IMG/VR virus record: IMGVR_UViG_3300042558_004043
Reading direction: 5' to 3' (one strand)
From: a virus
Taxonomy: Duplodnaviria; Caudoviricetes
Length of the DNA stretch: 64,000 nt
This document shows positions 19,763 to 29,595 of the stretch, piece after piece (position 1 is the first letter of the stretch; each line of letters opens with the position of its first letter). Under the pieces are notes generated by a model. It was not told the origin of the DNA. It was given only the letters and a program-made list of their open reading frames with translations, and did no database searches. The position numbers and the translations under genes are program-made.

Positions 19763-20106
19763 ACGAAACTTTAAAAACAATATTGTTATTTTTGATAGTT
19801 GGTTTAGTAGGTTATTCTATTTTTATAACCAATGGTATAAAAACCGATGTTCAATCACACTATGATAAGATTGATAGTTTACAGATATCAATAGATTCAG
19901 CAACTGCAGTGAATTCTATGATAGATGAAAAATTATTAAAATTGGATGTTGACATAAACAATGTCACAAACGAAATTTTGGCTGTAGACCAAACAATAAA
20001 TGATATTAAAATTCAAACAAATGGTAAGGTTATTAATGTTGATAAGTATACTCATACTGAGCTTAAAAAGTTTTTCTCAAAAAGATACAACTCAACTGGA
20101 AATTAG
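19759..20106 (+). CDS. Membrane-anchored coiled-coil protein (spanin-like candidate)
   Basis: N-terminal TM helix then coiled coil; overlaps the next gene. Confidence 0.55.
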   Translation: MNETLKTILLFLIVGLVGYSIFITNGIKTDVQSHYDKIDSLQISIDSATAVNSMIDEKLLKLDVDINNVTNEILAVDQTINDIKIQTNGKVINVDKYTHTELKKFFSKRYNSTGN

Positions 20107-20425
20107 TACTCAGACGGCAAGACTGATTATTAAAGATTTAATTAAATATGATGGTTGTAAAGATGAACTAACTCAAGCCTATATTAAAATAGGAAAGTTA
20201 GAAGAAAGGGAATCTTTGAAAGATACCATGATAACTTATTTGGAGAAAAAAGATTCAACTTATCAGTTCATAATCAAAGAAAAAGATGGACAATTAACTG
20301 AATTTGCTAAAGCAAATACTAAACTTGAAAATGATTTAAATTCGAAAAATAAACAATTTAAATGGTATAAACGAGGCACCATCGCTGGAGGTGTACTCCT
20401 TGTAATACTACTATTAGTGATTTAA
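20000..20425 (+). CDS. Secreted coiled-coil protein with C-terminal TM (spanin-like candidate)
   Basis: Signal peptide (LISILILSLKSFSQ), coiled coil, GGVLLVILLLVI tail; start may be 20021. Confidence 0.55.
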   Translation: MILKFKQMVRLLMLISILILSLKSFSQKDTTQLEISTQTARLIIKDLIKYDGCKDELTQAYIKIGKLEERESLKDTMITYLEKKDSTYQFIIKEKDGQLTEFAKANTKLENDLNSKNKQFKWYKRGTIAGGVLLVILLLVI

Positions 20426-20426
20426 A

Positions 20427-20672
20427 ATGGCACTTTCAGATTCAGATAAGAAACAAATAGAAGTTATGATTCGAAAGGAAATTAAGGATTTCATCGGAAG
20501 TAACACTATGAGACAATATGAGGATAAGATTTTAGAATTAGTGTCTAAAGAAATCCGTAGAGGTAAACTTGAAAGTGACACTAAAGAAATCGTAATAAAA
20601 GTCTTCAGAGAGTTCTATAATTTTATGTGGACTCAAAGAGGGTATTGGGAACCAAGATTAAAAAATGCGTAA
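20427..20672 (+). CDS. Hypothetical protein
   Basis: 81-aa ORF tightly coupled to neighbours. Confidence 0.65.
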   Translation: MALSDSDKKQIEVMIRKEIKDFIGSNTMRQYEDKILELVSKEIRRGKLESDTKEIVIKVFREFYNFMWTQRGYWEPRLKNA

Positions 20673-21600
20673 AATTAAATTAACTGAGAATATTCTCAAG
20701 CAACTTTCTTCAAAAATCTCAGACAATATTTTGTCTAATCCTAACATTATGTCAACAAATCCTATCGAAGGAATGAAAGACATTAGTGTTTTACAAAAAA
20801 AGATAGAGAGTAACGAAGAAATTGAAGAAAAATGGTCTGAAAAATACAAAAAAAGTATAGATTGTAATAATCCAAAAGGGTTCAGTCAAAGAGCTCATTG
20901 CCAAGGTAAAAAAAATAAAGTAAAGGAAGAGATTGAAGAATCGGAAGTTAGAGATATAAAATTGTATGATTTGGCAAAACAACATGCAAAAAGTGATTCT
21001 ACTGAAAAGATTTCCAAAATATATAATATTCTCAAGAGACAACTTAAAAAAGGAATGAAAGTTGAAATGGAACATGAGATGGGACTTAAAAAGGCTAAGA
21101 AAATTGCAATGGACCACCTTAAAGAAGACCCAAAGTATTATGACAAACTAGAAAAAATAGAAAATAAAGAGGCGACTGGTGCGGGAGGAGCGGGGGGTTT
21201 TGTGGGTCCCGTAGGATTCAATCCTGAAAGTGATTTTGTTAAGAAAAGTTTTAAAGAAACTCCTAAAAAAATTGAATCAAATGAAGCAACAGGGGCATCC
21301 TCCGCCGGAGCATATGACGCACCTGGTTTTGAGGATGTTAAAATGAAAGGTAATCATGAACGTGGTTCGGGTAAGTCATACAAAAATCCTCAAATACCTG
21401 GCGGTAAATTTGTTCAGGTTAAAAAGAAATGTAAAAAGTTTCCTTACTGTAATCAAGGTGATATTAAAGCTTTGAATATTTTTGAAAATGAAACTTTAAG
21501 TAATGTAATAAAAGAGGTGAGTAAGAAATATAATATTAGTGAACAAGTTGTCAAAAACATTATAGAGTACGAATATAATTTGATAAAAGATAAACTATAA
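20665..21600 (+). CDS. Mosaic hypothetical protein with DUF5661-like segment
   Basis: GMKVEMEH...AKKIAMDHLKEDPKYYDKL; also SIDCNNPKGFSQRAHCQG and KKCKKFPYCNQGD modules. Confidence 0.6.
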   Translation: MRKIKLTENILKQLSSKISDNILSNPNIMSTNPIEGMKDISVLQKKIESNEEIEEKWSEKYKKSIDCNNPKGFSQRAHCQGKKNKVKEEIEESEVRDIKLYDLAKQHAKSDSTEKISKIYNILKRQLKKGMKVEMEHEMGLKKAKKIAMDHLKEDPKYYDKLEKIENKEATGAGGAGGFVGPVGFNPESDFVKKSFKETPKKIESNEATGASSAGAYDAPGFEDVKMKGNHERGSGKSYKNPQIPGGKFVQVKKKCKKFPYCNQGDIKALNIFENETLSNVIKEVSKKYNISEQVVKNIIEYEYNLIKDKL

Positions 21601-21635
21601 CGTAAAAATTAGATATTTATAAATAAAAAAATCAC

Positions 21636-22862
21636 ATGAAAAAGTCTTTAAATAACTATATTAATTCGTTAGTAGACAAAATTATTAACGAAACTATTGA
21701 AGAAAGAGCTGAGGAGTTGGTTACAAAATTAACCGAAGGTGATAAAATGGTTTGTGAACAATGTGGAAATATGATGACTGAAGGAATTTGTGAACAGTGT
21801 TCAGGGAGTGACATGAAAGAAGGTGAAGAATTTGACTATGTGGCTGAAGAGGAAGAATTTGGTTCAGACCCATTAGGTTTGGTTGATAGATTTTGTAAAA
21901 CGGATAGTGAAGATTACAATGAAGCCACTTGTAATTACCACAAAGAAAATTTCATGGGAGGAGAAGTCAGTGAAAAACTACACGGAAGACAATCAAGAAT
22001 TGATGTTGCCGAACCTAAAGGTAAAATCACTGGAGCCGACTTTAAAAAACTCAAAAGTATGAAAAAAGAAACTGATGAGGAAATGGAAGAAGGTAATGCT
22101 TTTACGGGTGCTTTATCTAAAGCTAAAAAAGAGGGTGATAAATCTTTTGAGGTTGGTGGCAAAAAGTTTGATGTTAGAGAATCTAAGAAATCAATTCAAA
22201 TGACCGAAAGCGAAATGATTAATTTTATTGAGAAAATTGTTTTACAAGAAGAAGAGAAATTAAAATCAATGGGTAAAACTAAAGGTCTTAATGTGTATCA
22301 GAAAGCCCATACCGCATCAGGTAAAGAAAACAAAGAGTATTTAAAATCTCTTGTTAAAAAGATGAAAGATTATCTTAAAGATGGTTCTAAAGGAGAATAC
22401 GACATGAATCCTGAAATATTTCCAAAAGGTAACGGTGAATTAGCCAAGATGGACAAAAAAGCTTACGAACCTTCAGACGCTGTTAAGGATTATACCGATA
22501 ATCTTACCGCCGCAGGACAGGAAAATCTTGATTATGATGAAATCCATCCTAATGAAGATTGGGTAACTGATAATGTGGAAGGTTCATCAAGAACAGGTAA
22601 TAATCCTGAGTGGGCGAATACTGGTAAATCAGATATTAATAAGAAACGCAACAAAGTTAGACAAGATAATATGTTAGCCAAAATTAAGAGAAAGGCGTAT
22701 AATAAATCTCCACAACCAATCATCCAAGATAAAACAGATGGGGATTCAGGGTCCAAACTTATGATGAAATTAGAATCAATTGATGAAAAAACCACAAAGC
22801 AAATTAATGAAGAATTCGAAAGAATGAAAAATTTAATGGGGTATAATCAAAAGACTCAATAA
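21636..22862 (+). CDS. Acidic probable head/scaffold-associated protein
   Basis: 408 aa, E/K rich, many (I/L/V/M)xE motifs, TATTTAT upstream. Confidence 0.55.
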   Translation: MKKSLNNYINSLVDKIINETIEERAEELVTKLTEGDKMVCEQCGNMMTEGICEQCSGSDMKEGEEFDYVAEEEEFGSDPLGLVDRFCKTDSEDYNEATCNYHKENFMGGEVSEKLHGRQSRIDVAEPKGKITGADFKKLKSMKKETDEEMEEGNAFTGALSKAKKEGDKSFEVGGKKFDVRESKKSIQMTESEMINFIEKIVLQEEEKLKSMGKTKGLNVYQKAHTASGKENKEYLKSLVKKMKDYLKDGSKGEYDMNPEIFPKGNGELAKMDKKAYEPSDAVKDYTDNLTAAGQENLDYDEIHPNEDWVTDNVEGSSRTGNNPEWANTGKSDINKKRNKVRQDNMLAKIKRKAYNKSPQPIIQDKTDGDSGSKLMMKLESIDEKTTKQINEEFERMKNLMGYNQKTQ

Positions 22863-22908
22863 TATACATTAAAAATATCTTAACTATATTTTATCCATAA
22901 GAATTCTT

Positions 22909-23376
22909 ATGGATAATTTTTTTAATTACGTTACAAAACAGGTTAATCCTGAAGAAGTTGATTTATGGTTCAAGAGTAACAATATAATTCCTGAAAAATT
23001 GGAATTGTTCTCAGATTTTTGTAGGTCATTGAATAACTTAATAGTAGAAACTTATTTAGGAGAATCCGATTCACCAAATGAGACTAAAGTCAATATGTCC
23101 GAAGAGGACAAAATAAATCACTTTGTTTGGTGTTGGAATAAAGTAGTCGACAATTTTTCAAAAGAAAAAATAAAGTTTAATAAAAAAGGTGAACACTTTG
23201 ACTATTTTGTTTCATTTTTTGAAGAAATATTCTACAAACAAGAAAATAAAAAAGTAAGAGATTCGGTTACTGAGTTTTTTGAGGACCTTTTCGATTTAAA
23301 AACACCGTTCACTAAATCTGATTTAGATATGATAAGTACGGTTTATAAAGGTTTAGATAAAAACATGAATAAATAA
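22909..23376 (+). CDS. Hypothetical protein
   Basis: 155-aa ORF with typical codon usage. Confidence 0.7.
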   Translation: MDNFFNYVTKQVNPEEVDLWFKSNNIIPEKLELFSDFCRSLNNLIVETYLGESDSPNETKVNMSEEDKINHFVWCWNKVVDNFSKEKIKFNKKGEHFDYFVSFFEEIFYKQENKKVRDSVTEFFEDLFDLKTPFTKSDLDMISTVYKGLDKNMNK

Positions 23377-23451
23377 AAAAATTGTTTTTCTCTTTACTAC
23401 TATAAAGGAAAAATTAATATTATTTATAATAAATTTGTAAAAATAATTACG

Positions 23452-23634
23452 ATGGAAACTTTAGAAAAAATCAAGTCACTGACAGAAGAACTGTCAATGG
23501 ACGCGACCAAATTCTTCAAAGGTAATAAAAGCGCTGGAACAAGAGCTAGAAAATCTGCTCAAGAACTTAAGGCTTTGTTACAAACCTTGAGAGGTGAAAT
23601 TTTGGAAGAAAGAAAAAAAACTGATAATGTTTAA
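23452..23634 (+). CDS. Histone H1-like (Hc1 family) small DNA-binding protein
   Basis: KGNKSAGTRARKSAQEL motif. Confidence 0.75.
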   Translation: METLEKIKSLTEELSMDATKFFKGNKSAGTRARKSAQELKALLQTLRGEILEERKKTDNV

Positions 23635-23812
23635 TATAGATAATTTATTTTTTTTTATTTTCATTTTTTCAGTTTTAGTTGTTTTGAGAACAACTATTAG
23701 GTTAATAGGCGCCCTATCACAAAATTCGGATGTAAGAGTCTTGAAAAGTGATAGGGAGCTTGTTATCTTAGGGTTAACAATATCATACATCATAACTTAT
23801 TTATTTCGATAA
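23627..23812 (+). CDS. Small two-TM membrane protein
   Basis: ATG at 23627; two hydrophobic stretches. Confidence 0.55.
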   Translation: MFNIDNLFFFIFIFSVLVVLRTTIRLIGALSQNSDVRVLKSDRELVILGLTISYIITYLFR

Positions 23813-23816
23813 TCAT

Positions 23817-24248
23817 ATGAGTCTATATAAAGAATTTTCAAGTTTATTTCCTTATTTACAATCTGTAAGGAAATTAAAAAATTATCTTAGTTTTGATGTT
23901 AGTTTTCCGGAATCATGGAAGTTACCAAAAAAATATGTTGAGGAGGATAAGATTTTACAACAAGAATCACAAACACCTAATGAAAAATTATTTTCATTTG
24001 TTTCAGAATTTAATGAAGAAGAAGTTGAAAAAATTGCGGGTAATGTAAAAAGTATTATAAATTACAATTTGGAGAGAGAAGAGAAAGAACGTCTTTTCCA
24101 ATCTAAAGTTGATGAGTTAAAAAATGTTTTTGAAAAACAAAGTTTGAATAACCTTAAAAATCTAAAATTTGATATCAAATCAATACAAAATTTGGAGCTA
24201 GAAGATAATGAAGACGAAATCAAGCCAACTGCAATGGCTACAAAATGA
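23817..24248 (+). CDS. Hypothetical protein
   Basis: 143-aa ORF in operon. Confidence 0.7.
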   Translation: MSLYKEFSSLFPYLQSVRKLKNYLSFDVSFPESWKLPKKYVEEDKILQQESQTPNEKLFSFVSEFNEEEVEKIAGNVKSIINYNLEREEKERLFQSKVDELKNVFEKQSLNNLKNLKFDIKSIQNLELEDNEDEIKPTAMATK

Positions 24249-24384
24249 AATTGAGAAAGACAAACGAGATGCCGAGTTTGAAAAACTTAAGTTTATTGAA
24301 CAAATTAAAAAATTAAAAAAAGAGGAAATTTTTCCTAAAAAATTAAGTTTATGGAAAAGAATACTGAGGTTATTTATGGGTTAA
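24208..24384 (+). CDS. Small hypothetical protein (58 aa)
   Basis: Read by hand: MKTKSSQLQWLQNEIEKDK...LSLWKRILRLFMG; fills the gap between two ORFs. Confidence 0.55.
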   Translation: MKTKSSQLQWLQNEIEKDKRDAEFEKLKFIEQIKKLKKEEIFPKKLSLWKRILRLFMG

Positions 24385-24617
24385 TTGAAAGAATGGCTTT
24401 GGTGTCTGATGCAATAGACAGTTTATTTGTTAATGGGAAAAAGGTTATTGTTATAGAATTAAACAAGTTTGATTTTGAACAAACCAAAATACAGTTTAAA
24501 AATGTTGACCCAAAATTAAACCAATTCAAAATAGATATTTCAGGTATTGAGTTTATTTTTATTTTGGATGAGTTGTTGAATGTCTTTGAAGATAAGACCG
24601 AGGAAAACCTTGGTTAA
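24351..24617 (+). CDS. Hypothetical protein
   Basis: 88-aa ORF. Confidence 0.6.
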   Translation: MEKNTEVIYGLIERMALVSDAIDSLFVNGKKVIVIELNKFDFEQTKIQFKNVDPKLNQFKIDISGIEFIFILDELLNVFEDKTEENLG

Positions 24618-25200
24618 CCAAAATATCATATAGGTATTTTCTATGTATTGTCGAATAGTCTTTGACTAATATACAATCGTTTTTGTTTATTTTTCTTAAG
24701 TATTGACCTAACTCATCTAAAAATCTATTTGAGTCGGAATCGTTCTTAAATGTAAAAAGTTTATAATTTTCATCTATCTGTACTATAACTTTATTATTGA
24801 GTTTGGAAATCATTTTGATTCCTGTAACCTTTAGATATTTCTGTATAAACTCTTTAGAATTAATTTTTTTCTTAGTTTGGTAGTCTAAGAATTCCTCTTC
24901 AATTTCATATGAAATTATTTTACTGATTGTAAACTCCTCGTCATCTAAATCAACTTTGATTTGCCTACCAAGTTCATCTTTAATAAAAAGTTTTTCCTCG
25001 TTTGATTTCTTTTTCTCCAATATGGCAAGTTCATAAAATGAATGACTACCGTTCTCGTACTTAACAGGAAAAACAACTTCATTGGATTCTTCAATAAGAA
25101 TTTTAAACTTAGCATTTGTTTTTTTATAAGTTTTAAACTTATTGATTATTTTCTTTTTTATTTTATTTTTGAATAAAACAATTTGGAAATTATAGTCCAT
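24559..25200 (-). CDS. Hypothetical protein
   Basis: 213-aa ORF. Confidence 0.7.
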   Translation of the reverse strand: MDYNFQIVLFKNKIKKKIINKFKTYKKTNAKFKILIEESNEVVFPVKYENGSHSFYELAILEKKKSNEEKLFIKDELGRQIKVDLDDEEFTISKIISYEIEEEFLDYQTKKKINSKEFIQKYLKVTGIKMISKLNNKVIVQIDENYKLFTFKNDSDSNRFLDELGQYLRKINKNDCILVKDYSTIHRKYLYDILVNQGFPRSYLQRHSTTHPK

Positions 25201-25235
25201 ACTAAATAATAAGAATCATTAAATAATTTTAAATA

Positions 25236-26168
25236 TTGATTATGAGTGCTGAAAGTTATTACAACATTTTAGGTGTTTCAGAAACCGCAACACAAGATGA
25301 AATTAAAAAAGCTTATAGAAAGAAGGCTGTAGAACATCACCCTGATAAAGGTGGTGATGAACAAGTATTTAAAAAAATATCAGAGGCGTATGATACGGTA
25401 GGTGATGAGAATAAACGCAGACAGTATGATGCTCAGAAAAATAATCCATTTGGAGGAGGGTTTAATCCGTTTGAGGATTTCTTCTCTCAATTTGGAGGAA
25501 GACAACAACGTCAACAAAGACCTCAAGTACCTGATAAGGTTGTAAATCTTGATGTTACAGTTATTGAATCTTATTTGGGTGTCGATAAAACAATTAATTA
25601 TAGTCGTAAACACGCTTGTAATACATGTAGTGGAAGCGGAGGAGATAGAAACACTTGTAGTAAGTGTAATGGACAAGGTTTCGTTACAGTTAGAATGGGT
25701 AACGGAATGTTCATTCAAATGATGCAACAGATGTGTGATTTATGTGGGGGACAAGGTTCTGTATTGACAAGGAGATGCGTTACTTGTAACGGACAAGGTA
25801 CAAGGTCTGAAATGGAAAGTGTTACATTCAAATTACCGCACGGCTCAGACAACGGTCAATTCTATAGAATGAATGACTTAGGTGATTATCATGGTGGTTT
25901 TTACGGAAACTTAGTTATTAAAGTTAACTTGGTTAATTCAGATAACTTTGAAAAAACAGGTAATGACTTAATTTATAACTCTTACCTCAATTTAGATGAT
26001 TTAAACAAAAATTCTGTTGGTGTTCCTCATCCTGATGGTGAAATGAGAGTTAACTTTCCTTTAGAGTTTGATACCTCAAAACCCCTTAGAGTAAAATCTA
26101 AAGGGTTCAAAAATGGGGGTCAAGGGGACCTTTATGTAAAATTGTTCGTTAAGTTTAAAAGAGGTTGA
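25236..26168 (+). CDS. dnaJ: DnaJ (class A) co-chaperone
   Basis: J-domain with HPD, short G/F region, four CxxCxGxG repeats, C-terminal domain. Confidence 0.92.
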   Translation: MIMSAESYYNILGVSETATQDEIKKAYRKKAVEHHPDKGGDEQVFKKISEAYDTVGDENKRRQYDAQKNNPFGGGFNPFEDFFSQFGGRQQRQQRPQVPDKVVNLDVTVIESYLGVDKTINYSRKHACNTCSGSGGDRNTCSKCNGQGFVTVRMGNGMFIQMMQQMCDLCGGQGSVLTRRCVTCNGQGTRSEMESVTFKLPHGSDNGQFYRMNDLGDYHGGFYGNLVIKVNLVNSDNFEKTGNDLIYNSYLNLDDLNKNSVGVPHPDGEMRVNFPLEFDTSKPLRVKSKGFKNGGQGDLYVKLFVKFKRG

Positions 26169-26328
26169 TTATATTCTCGATAATTTTAACGGTCCCATAA
26201 ACTGCGGATATCAAAAAGTAAATCGAGAAAATTATCAAAGGGGTAGGTAACGCGGATAATGGTTTCTTAGCGTTACATGTTTTACATGATTTTTTTTCAG
26301 GGGTGATGTCTATTATATTGTTCTCCAT
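26155..26328 (-). CDS. Small membrane protein with CxxC (57 aa)
   Basis: Read by hand: MENNIIDITPEKKSCKTCNAKK followed by a hydrophobic helix. Confidence 0.5.
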   Translation of the reverse strand: MENNIIDITPEKKSCKTCNAKKPLSALPTPLIIFSIYFLISAVYGTVKIIENIINLF

Positions 26329-26431
26329 ATTATTAATTTTGAATAAAATATAAGGGTTATTTTCAAATCTATAAATATTTTATTTGCTTTTTTGGTATTT
26401 CTTTACTATATTTTGAATAAATCAGATAAAC

Positions 26432-27913
26432 ATGCAAAAACTTTCGAGTAACACACTTTCCATATTTGAATCCGCCACAAATGAAAAGGACATTGAAAAT
26501 GGATATAGATATTATTTCAAAACTATAATTGGTGATATAAATTTTACATCACCTTATGGTTGTGATGGATTTGGAGTTTCTGAAAGTTTGGGGATGAGGG
26601 TTCTATGTGAATTTAAAGATGACCTTAGTTTAAGTTCAAGAAACGAATTGGTTAAAGTTCTTTGTCAATCAATCTATTATATAAAGAAATTTGAATTATC
26701 AGGCCAGAAACTACCCAAAACTATTTTCATTGGGGATAGAAACGAATGTTTGGTTTTGCACGTTAATGACGTTTTCCATTATCTATCAATTAACTTTGAT
26801 TGGAATATCGCACCATCAAACGCTCACAAAAATTTGGACCTATATCAGAAATTATTTAATGATGATAATATTAATCCATTCATATTTTCTGTTGAGGATT
26901 TACCAACCGCTATCGATAAGTGTAAAGATTTGAATCAAAATGTTAAACGATTGATTCCGGTAACACCTCATAATATAACTGAAGTATATAACTATTTTGA
27001 AAAGAATGTTGTTGGGTCTCATAAACTATCAACCAATGAATTGTCAAATTTATTCATTCAGATATTAATATCACCCGGTGAAAACTATCTCCATCCAATC
27101 AAAGGAAAGAAAGTTGTTGTAACAAAAAACTTTGGTGAAGTTACTGTCAAAAGTAAGGAAGCGTTCGAATCTTTTTTCTCTCATTTTTCAAGGGAATATA
27201 CTCCAAGAGAAAAAGAAGCTCTAACTTCAATTGTTGACAGGCTTGTTGAAGATACAACTCGTCGTAAACAAGGTGAGTTTTTTACTCCAACAATTTGGGT
27301 TGATAAAGCTCATGAATATATTTCATCTGTATTTGGTGAGGATTGGAAGGAACAGTATGTGGTGTGGGACCCGGCTTGGGGGACAGGGAATTTAACCCGT
27401 GATTATAAGTTCAAGGAACTTTATGTTTCAACGTTGAACCAATCTGATATTGATACTGCGAATCAAATGGGATATAATCCTGAGGCGGTTAAGTTTCAGT
27501 TTGATTTTTTGAACGACCCCGATGAAAAACTTCCCCAAGGGTTAAAAAATGCTATTGATGAAGGTCGTGAGATTATTGTGTTTATGAATCCACCTTATGG
27601 GACTTCTTCCACATCGGAAAATAAACACAAAGAAGGGACTTCACTTACTAAAATTTCTGATATTATGAAATTAGAAAAATTAGGAAAATCTTGTGAACAA
27701 CTTTATGCTCAATTTTTATTTAAAATAAAATCATTAAAAATTAACCACATCTGTATATTTGCCAAACCTAATTTTTTTTCAAGTTCAGGTTTTACTGAGT
27801 TTAGAACAAAAGTATGGTATGAATATCACTTTAAAAATGGATTTGTAATGGATTCTTCAGAATTCGCAGATGTAAAAAAATGGCCTTTAACTTTTACAAT
27901 ATGGAACAAATAA
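26432..27913 (+). CDS. Type IIG-like restriction-modification protein, N-terminal part (nuclease-like domain + N6-adenine MTase)
   Basis: CDGF...LCEFK and QSIYY nuclease-like motifs; GEFFTP, WDPAWGTGNL (motif I), FMNPPY (motif IV). Confidence 0.7.
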   Translation: MQKLSSNTLSIFESATNEKDIENGYRYYFKTIIGDINFTSPYGCDGFGVSESLGMRVLCEFKDDLSLSSRNELVKVLCQSIYYIKKFELSGQKLPKTIFIGDRNECLVLHVNDVFHYLSINFDWNIAPSNAHKNLDLYQKLFNDDNINPFIFSVEDLPTAIDKCKDLNQNVKRLIPVTPHNITEVYNYFEKNVVGSHKLSTNELSNLFIQILISPGENYLHPIKGKKVVVTKNFGEVTVKSKEAFESFFSHFSREYTPREKEALTSIVDRLVEDTTRRKQGEFFTPTIWVDKAHEYISSVFGEDWKEQYVVWDPAWGTGNLTRDYKFKELYVSTLNQSDIDTANQMGYNPEAVKFQFDFLNDPDEKLPQGLKNAIDEGREIIVFMNPPYGTSSTSENKHKEGTSLTKISDIMKLEKLGKSCEQLYAQFLFKIKSLKINHICIFAKPNFFSSSGFTEFRTKVWYEYHFKNGFVMDSSEFADVKKWPLTFTIWNK

Positions 27914-28713
27914 AATTAGATGTTTTACAATCAAAAGATTTTTTAATCACAAAGATAGGTGAGAAAAAATTTTATAACATTGACAAAGAAGTTTCTTTGA
28001 ATAAATGGATGGACAAAAAATTTGGAGATAATATTTTTGGTTTTTTAATTTCTGATGCTAATAATTTAGAAAAAAGTGTTCGTTCAGTTTATTTCCAAAA
28101 CGCACCTGTTAATAATAACAATAAGAAATATAAAATTGGTAATCATAATTTTATTAAGGCAGTTACACTGTTTTCGGCCAGAAGATTACCAAATGTTACA
28201 TGGTTGAATGAAAAAGATGAATTTTTAGCTCCTACTGAGAATATAAATAATTTTTCATATGACTCAATTGTTATTTCACTTTTTAATAACGCTTCATATC
28301 AGAAATCCAATAATGAACTAAAAAACGAATTTTTTTGGTTATCTAAAAACGAAATGCTTGAACTTTCAAATCAAAATAATTATTCTGACCTTTATAATGA
28401 CGCAAGAACTGATTCAGATAGATACGTTCATAAATTACTATTTGGTGAAGAAAGAATTTATGATAAACTATCACCTGACGCAAAATTAGTTCTTGATAAA
28501 GCAACTGAATTAGTTAGGAAGTCAATGCAAATGAGAGAGATATTTGCAAACGATGAAAATCATCTTAAATCATGGGACGCAGGTTACGCTCAACTCAAAC
28601 TTATTTGGAAAGAATATTATGCTGATGAATTCAAAGAATTCAGACAATTATATAAAAATTTGGAAGACAGAATGAGACCATTAGTCTATGAACTAGGATT
28701 CCTTTTAAAATAA
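27880..28713 (+). CDS. Probable target-recognition/C-terminal part of the Type IIG-like enzyme
   Basis: Overlaps the MTase stop in the -1 frame (second ATG at 27901); TWLNEKDEFLAP and WDAGYAQLK segments. Confidence 0.55.
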   Translation: MAFNFYNMEQIKLDVLQSKDFLITKIGEKKFYNIDKEVSLNKWMDKKFGDNIFGFLISDANNLEKSVRSVYFQNAPVNNNNKKYKIGNHNFIKAVTLFSARRLPNVTWLNEKDEFLAPTENINNFSYDSIVISLFNNASYQKSNNELKNEFFWLSKNEMLELSNQNNYSDLYNDARTDSDRYVHKLLFGEERIYDKLSPDAKLVLDKATELVRKSMQMREIFANDENHLKSWDAGYAQLKLIWKEYYADEFKEFRQLYKNLEDRMRPLVYELGFLLK

Positions 28714-28719
28714 AAAATC

Positions 28720-29562
28720 ATGTTATCATACATCGGAGGAAAATCAAAAATAGGTAAATGGATAGTTCCATATTACCCAACTGATATGGAAACATACGTG
28801 GAAACATTTGGAGGAATGTTCTGGTGTTTCTTTAATATGGATTTGAAACAATATCCAAATCTAAAACGGGTTGTTTATAATGACTTCAATCCACTAAACT
28901 ATAACTTGTTTATGTGTCTTCAGAACCCTGAAGTATTACTTTCAGCGGTTAATAGAATACCATGTCAACAACAAGGAGTTGAGGAAACACCAGTAGTATA
29001 TAAAGAACAGTTTAACGAGTTTCAAAAAGAAATATTCGGGGATGGTTTCACAATAAACTATCCTGATTATGATGTTGCCGCAAAATACGCTTATGTTTTG
29101 ACACAAGTGTTTAGTGGTTCTAAACCTGAAACAAGTTCATTTATTGACCTAAAGGGTAAATACAAATCAAAGTATCTTACGTTCAGAGACAAATTATCTA
29201 AACCTGATTGGGTAGAACATTTTAACAGGATAAGTCATTTTAGATTGGGTGACTTTGAAAATGTTATAAAAGAATTTGATAGTCCGACAACTTATTTCTA
29301 TCTTGACCCCCCGTATTGGAAGACCGAGAATTATTATTCAAATCACGACTTTGACCGAGATGACCACGAGAGACTGGCAAATGTGTTGAAAACTATTGAA
29401 GGAAAATTTTCGTTATCTTATTATGATTTCGTACTTTTGTCGGAGTGGTTTCCCCAAGACCAATATAGATGGGAAAAGAAAGAATTTGCTAAGGCTGCCG
29501 CGGCAAAGAAAGGACAATCCCAAAATATGGGAGAGGAACTACTTATTATGAATTATTTTTAA
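28720..29562 (+). CDS. Dam-like (D12 class) DNA adenine methyltransferase
   Basis: YIGGKSK, YVETFGG, VYNDFN, YLDPPY. Confidence 0.88.
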   Translation: MLSYIGGKSKIGKWIVPYYPTDMETYVETFGGMFWCFFNMDLKQYPNLKRVVYNDFNPLNYNLFMCLQNPEVLLSAVNRIPCQQQGVEETPVVYKEQFNEFQKEIFGDGFTINYPDYDVAAKYAYVLTQVFSGSKPETSSFIDLKGKYKSKYLTFRDKLSKPDWVEHFNRISHFRLGDFENVIKEFDSPTTYFYLDPPYWKTENYYSNHDFDRDDHERLANVLKTIEGKFSLSYYDFVLLSEWFPQDQYRWEKKEFAKAAAAKKGQSQNMGEELLIMNYF

Positions 29563-29595
29563 TTTATTCGATATTTATTAAGTAAAAACATTCAA

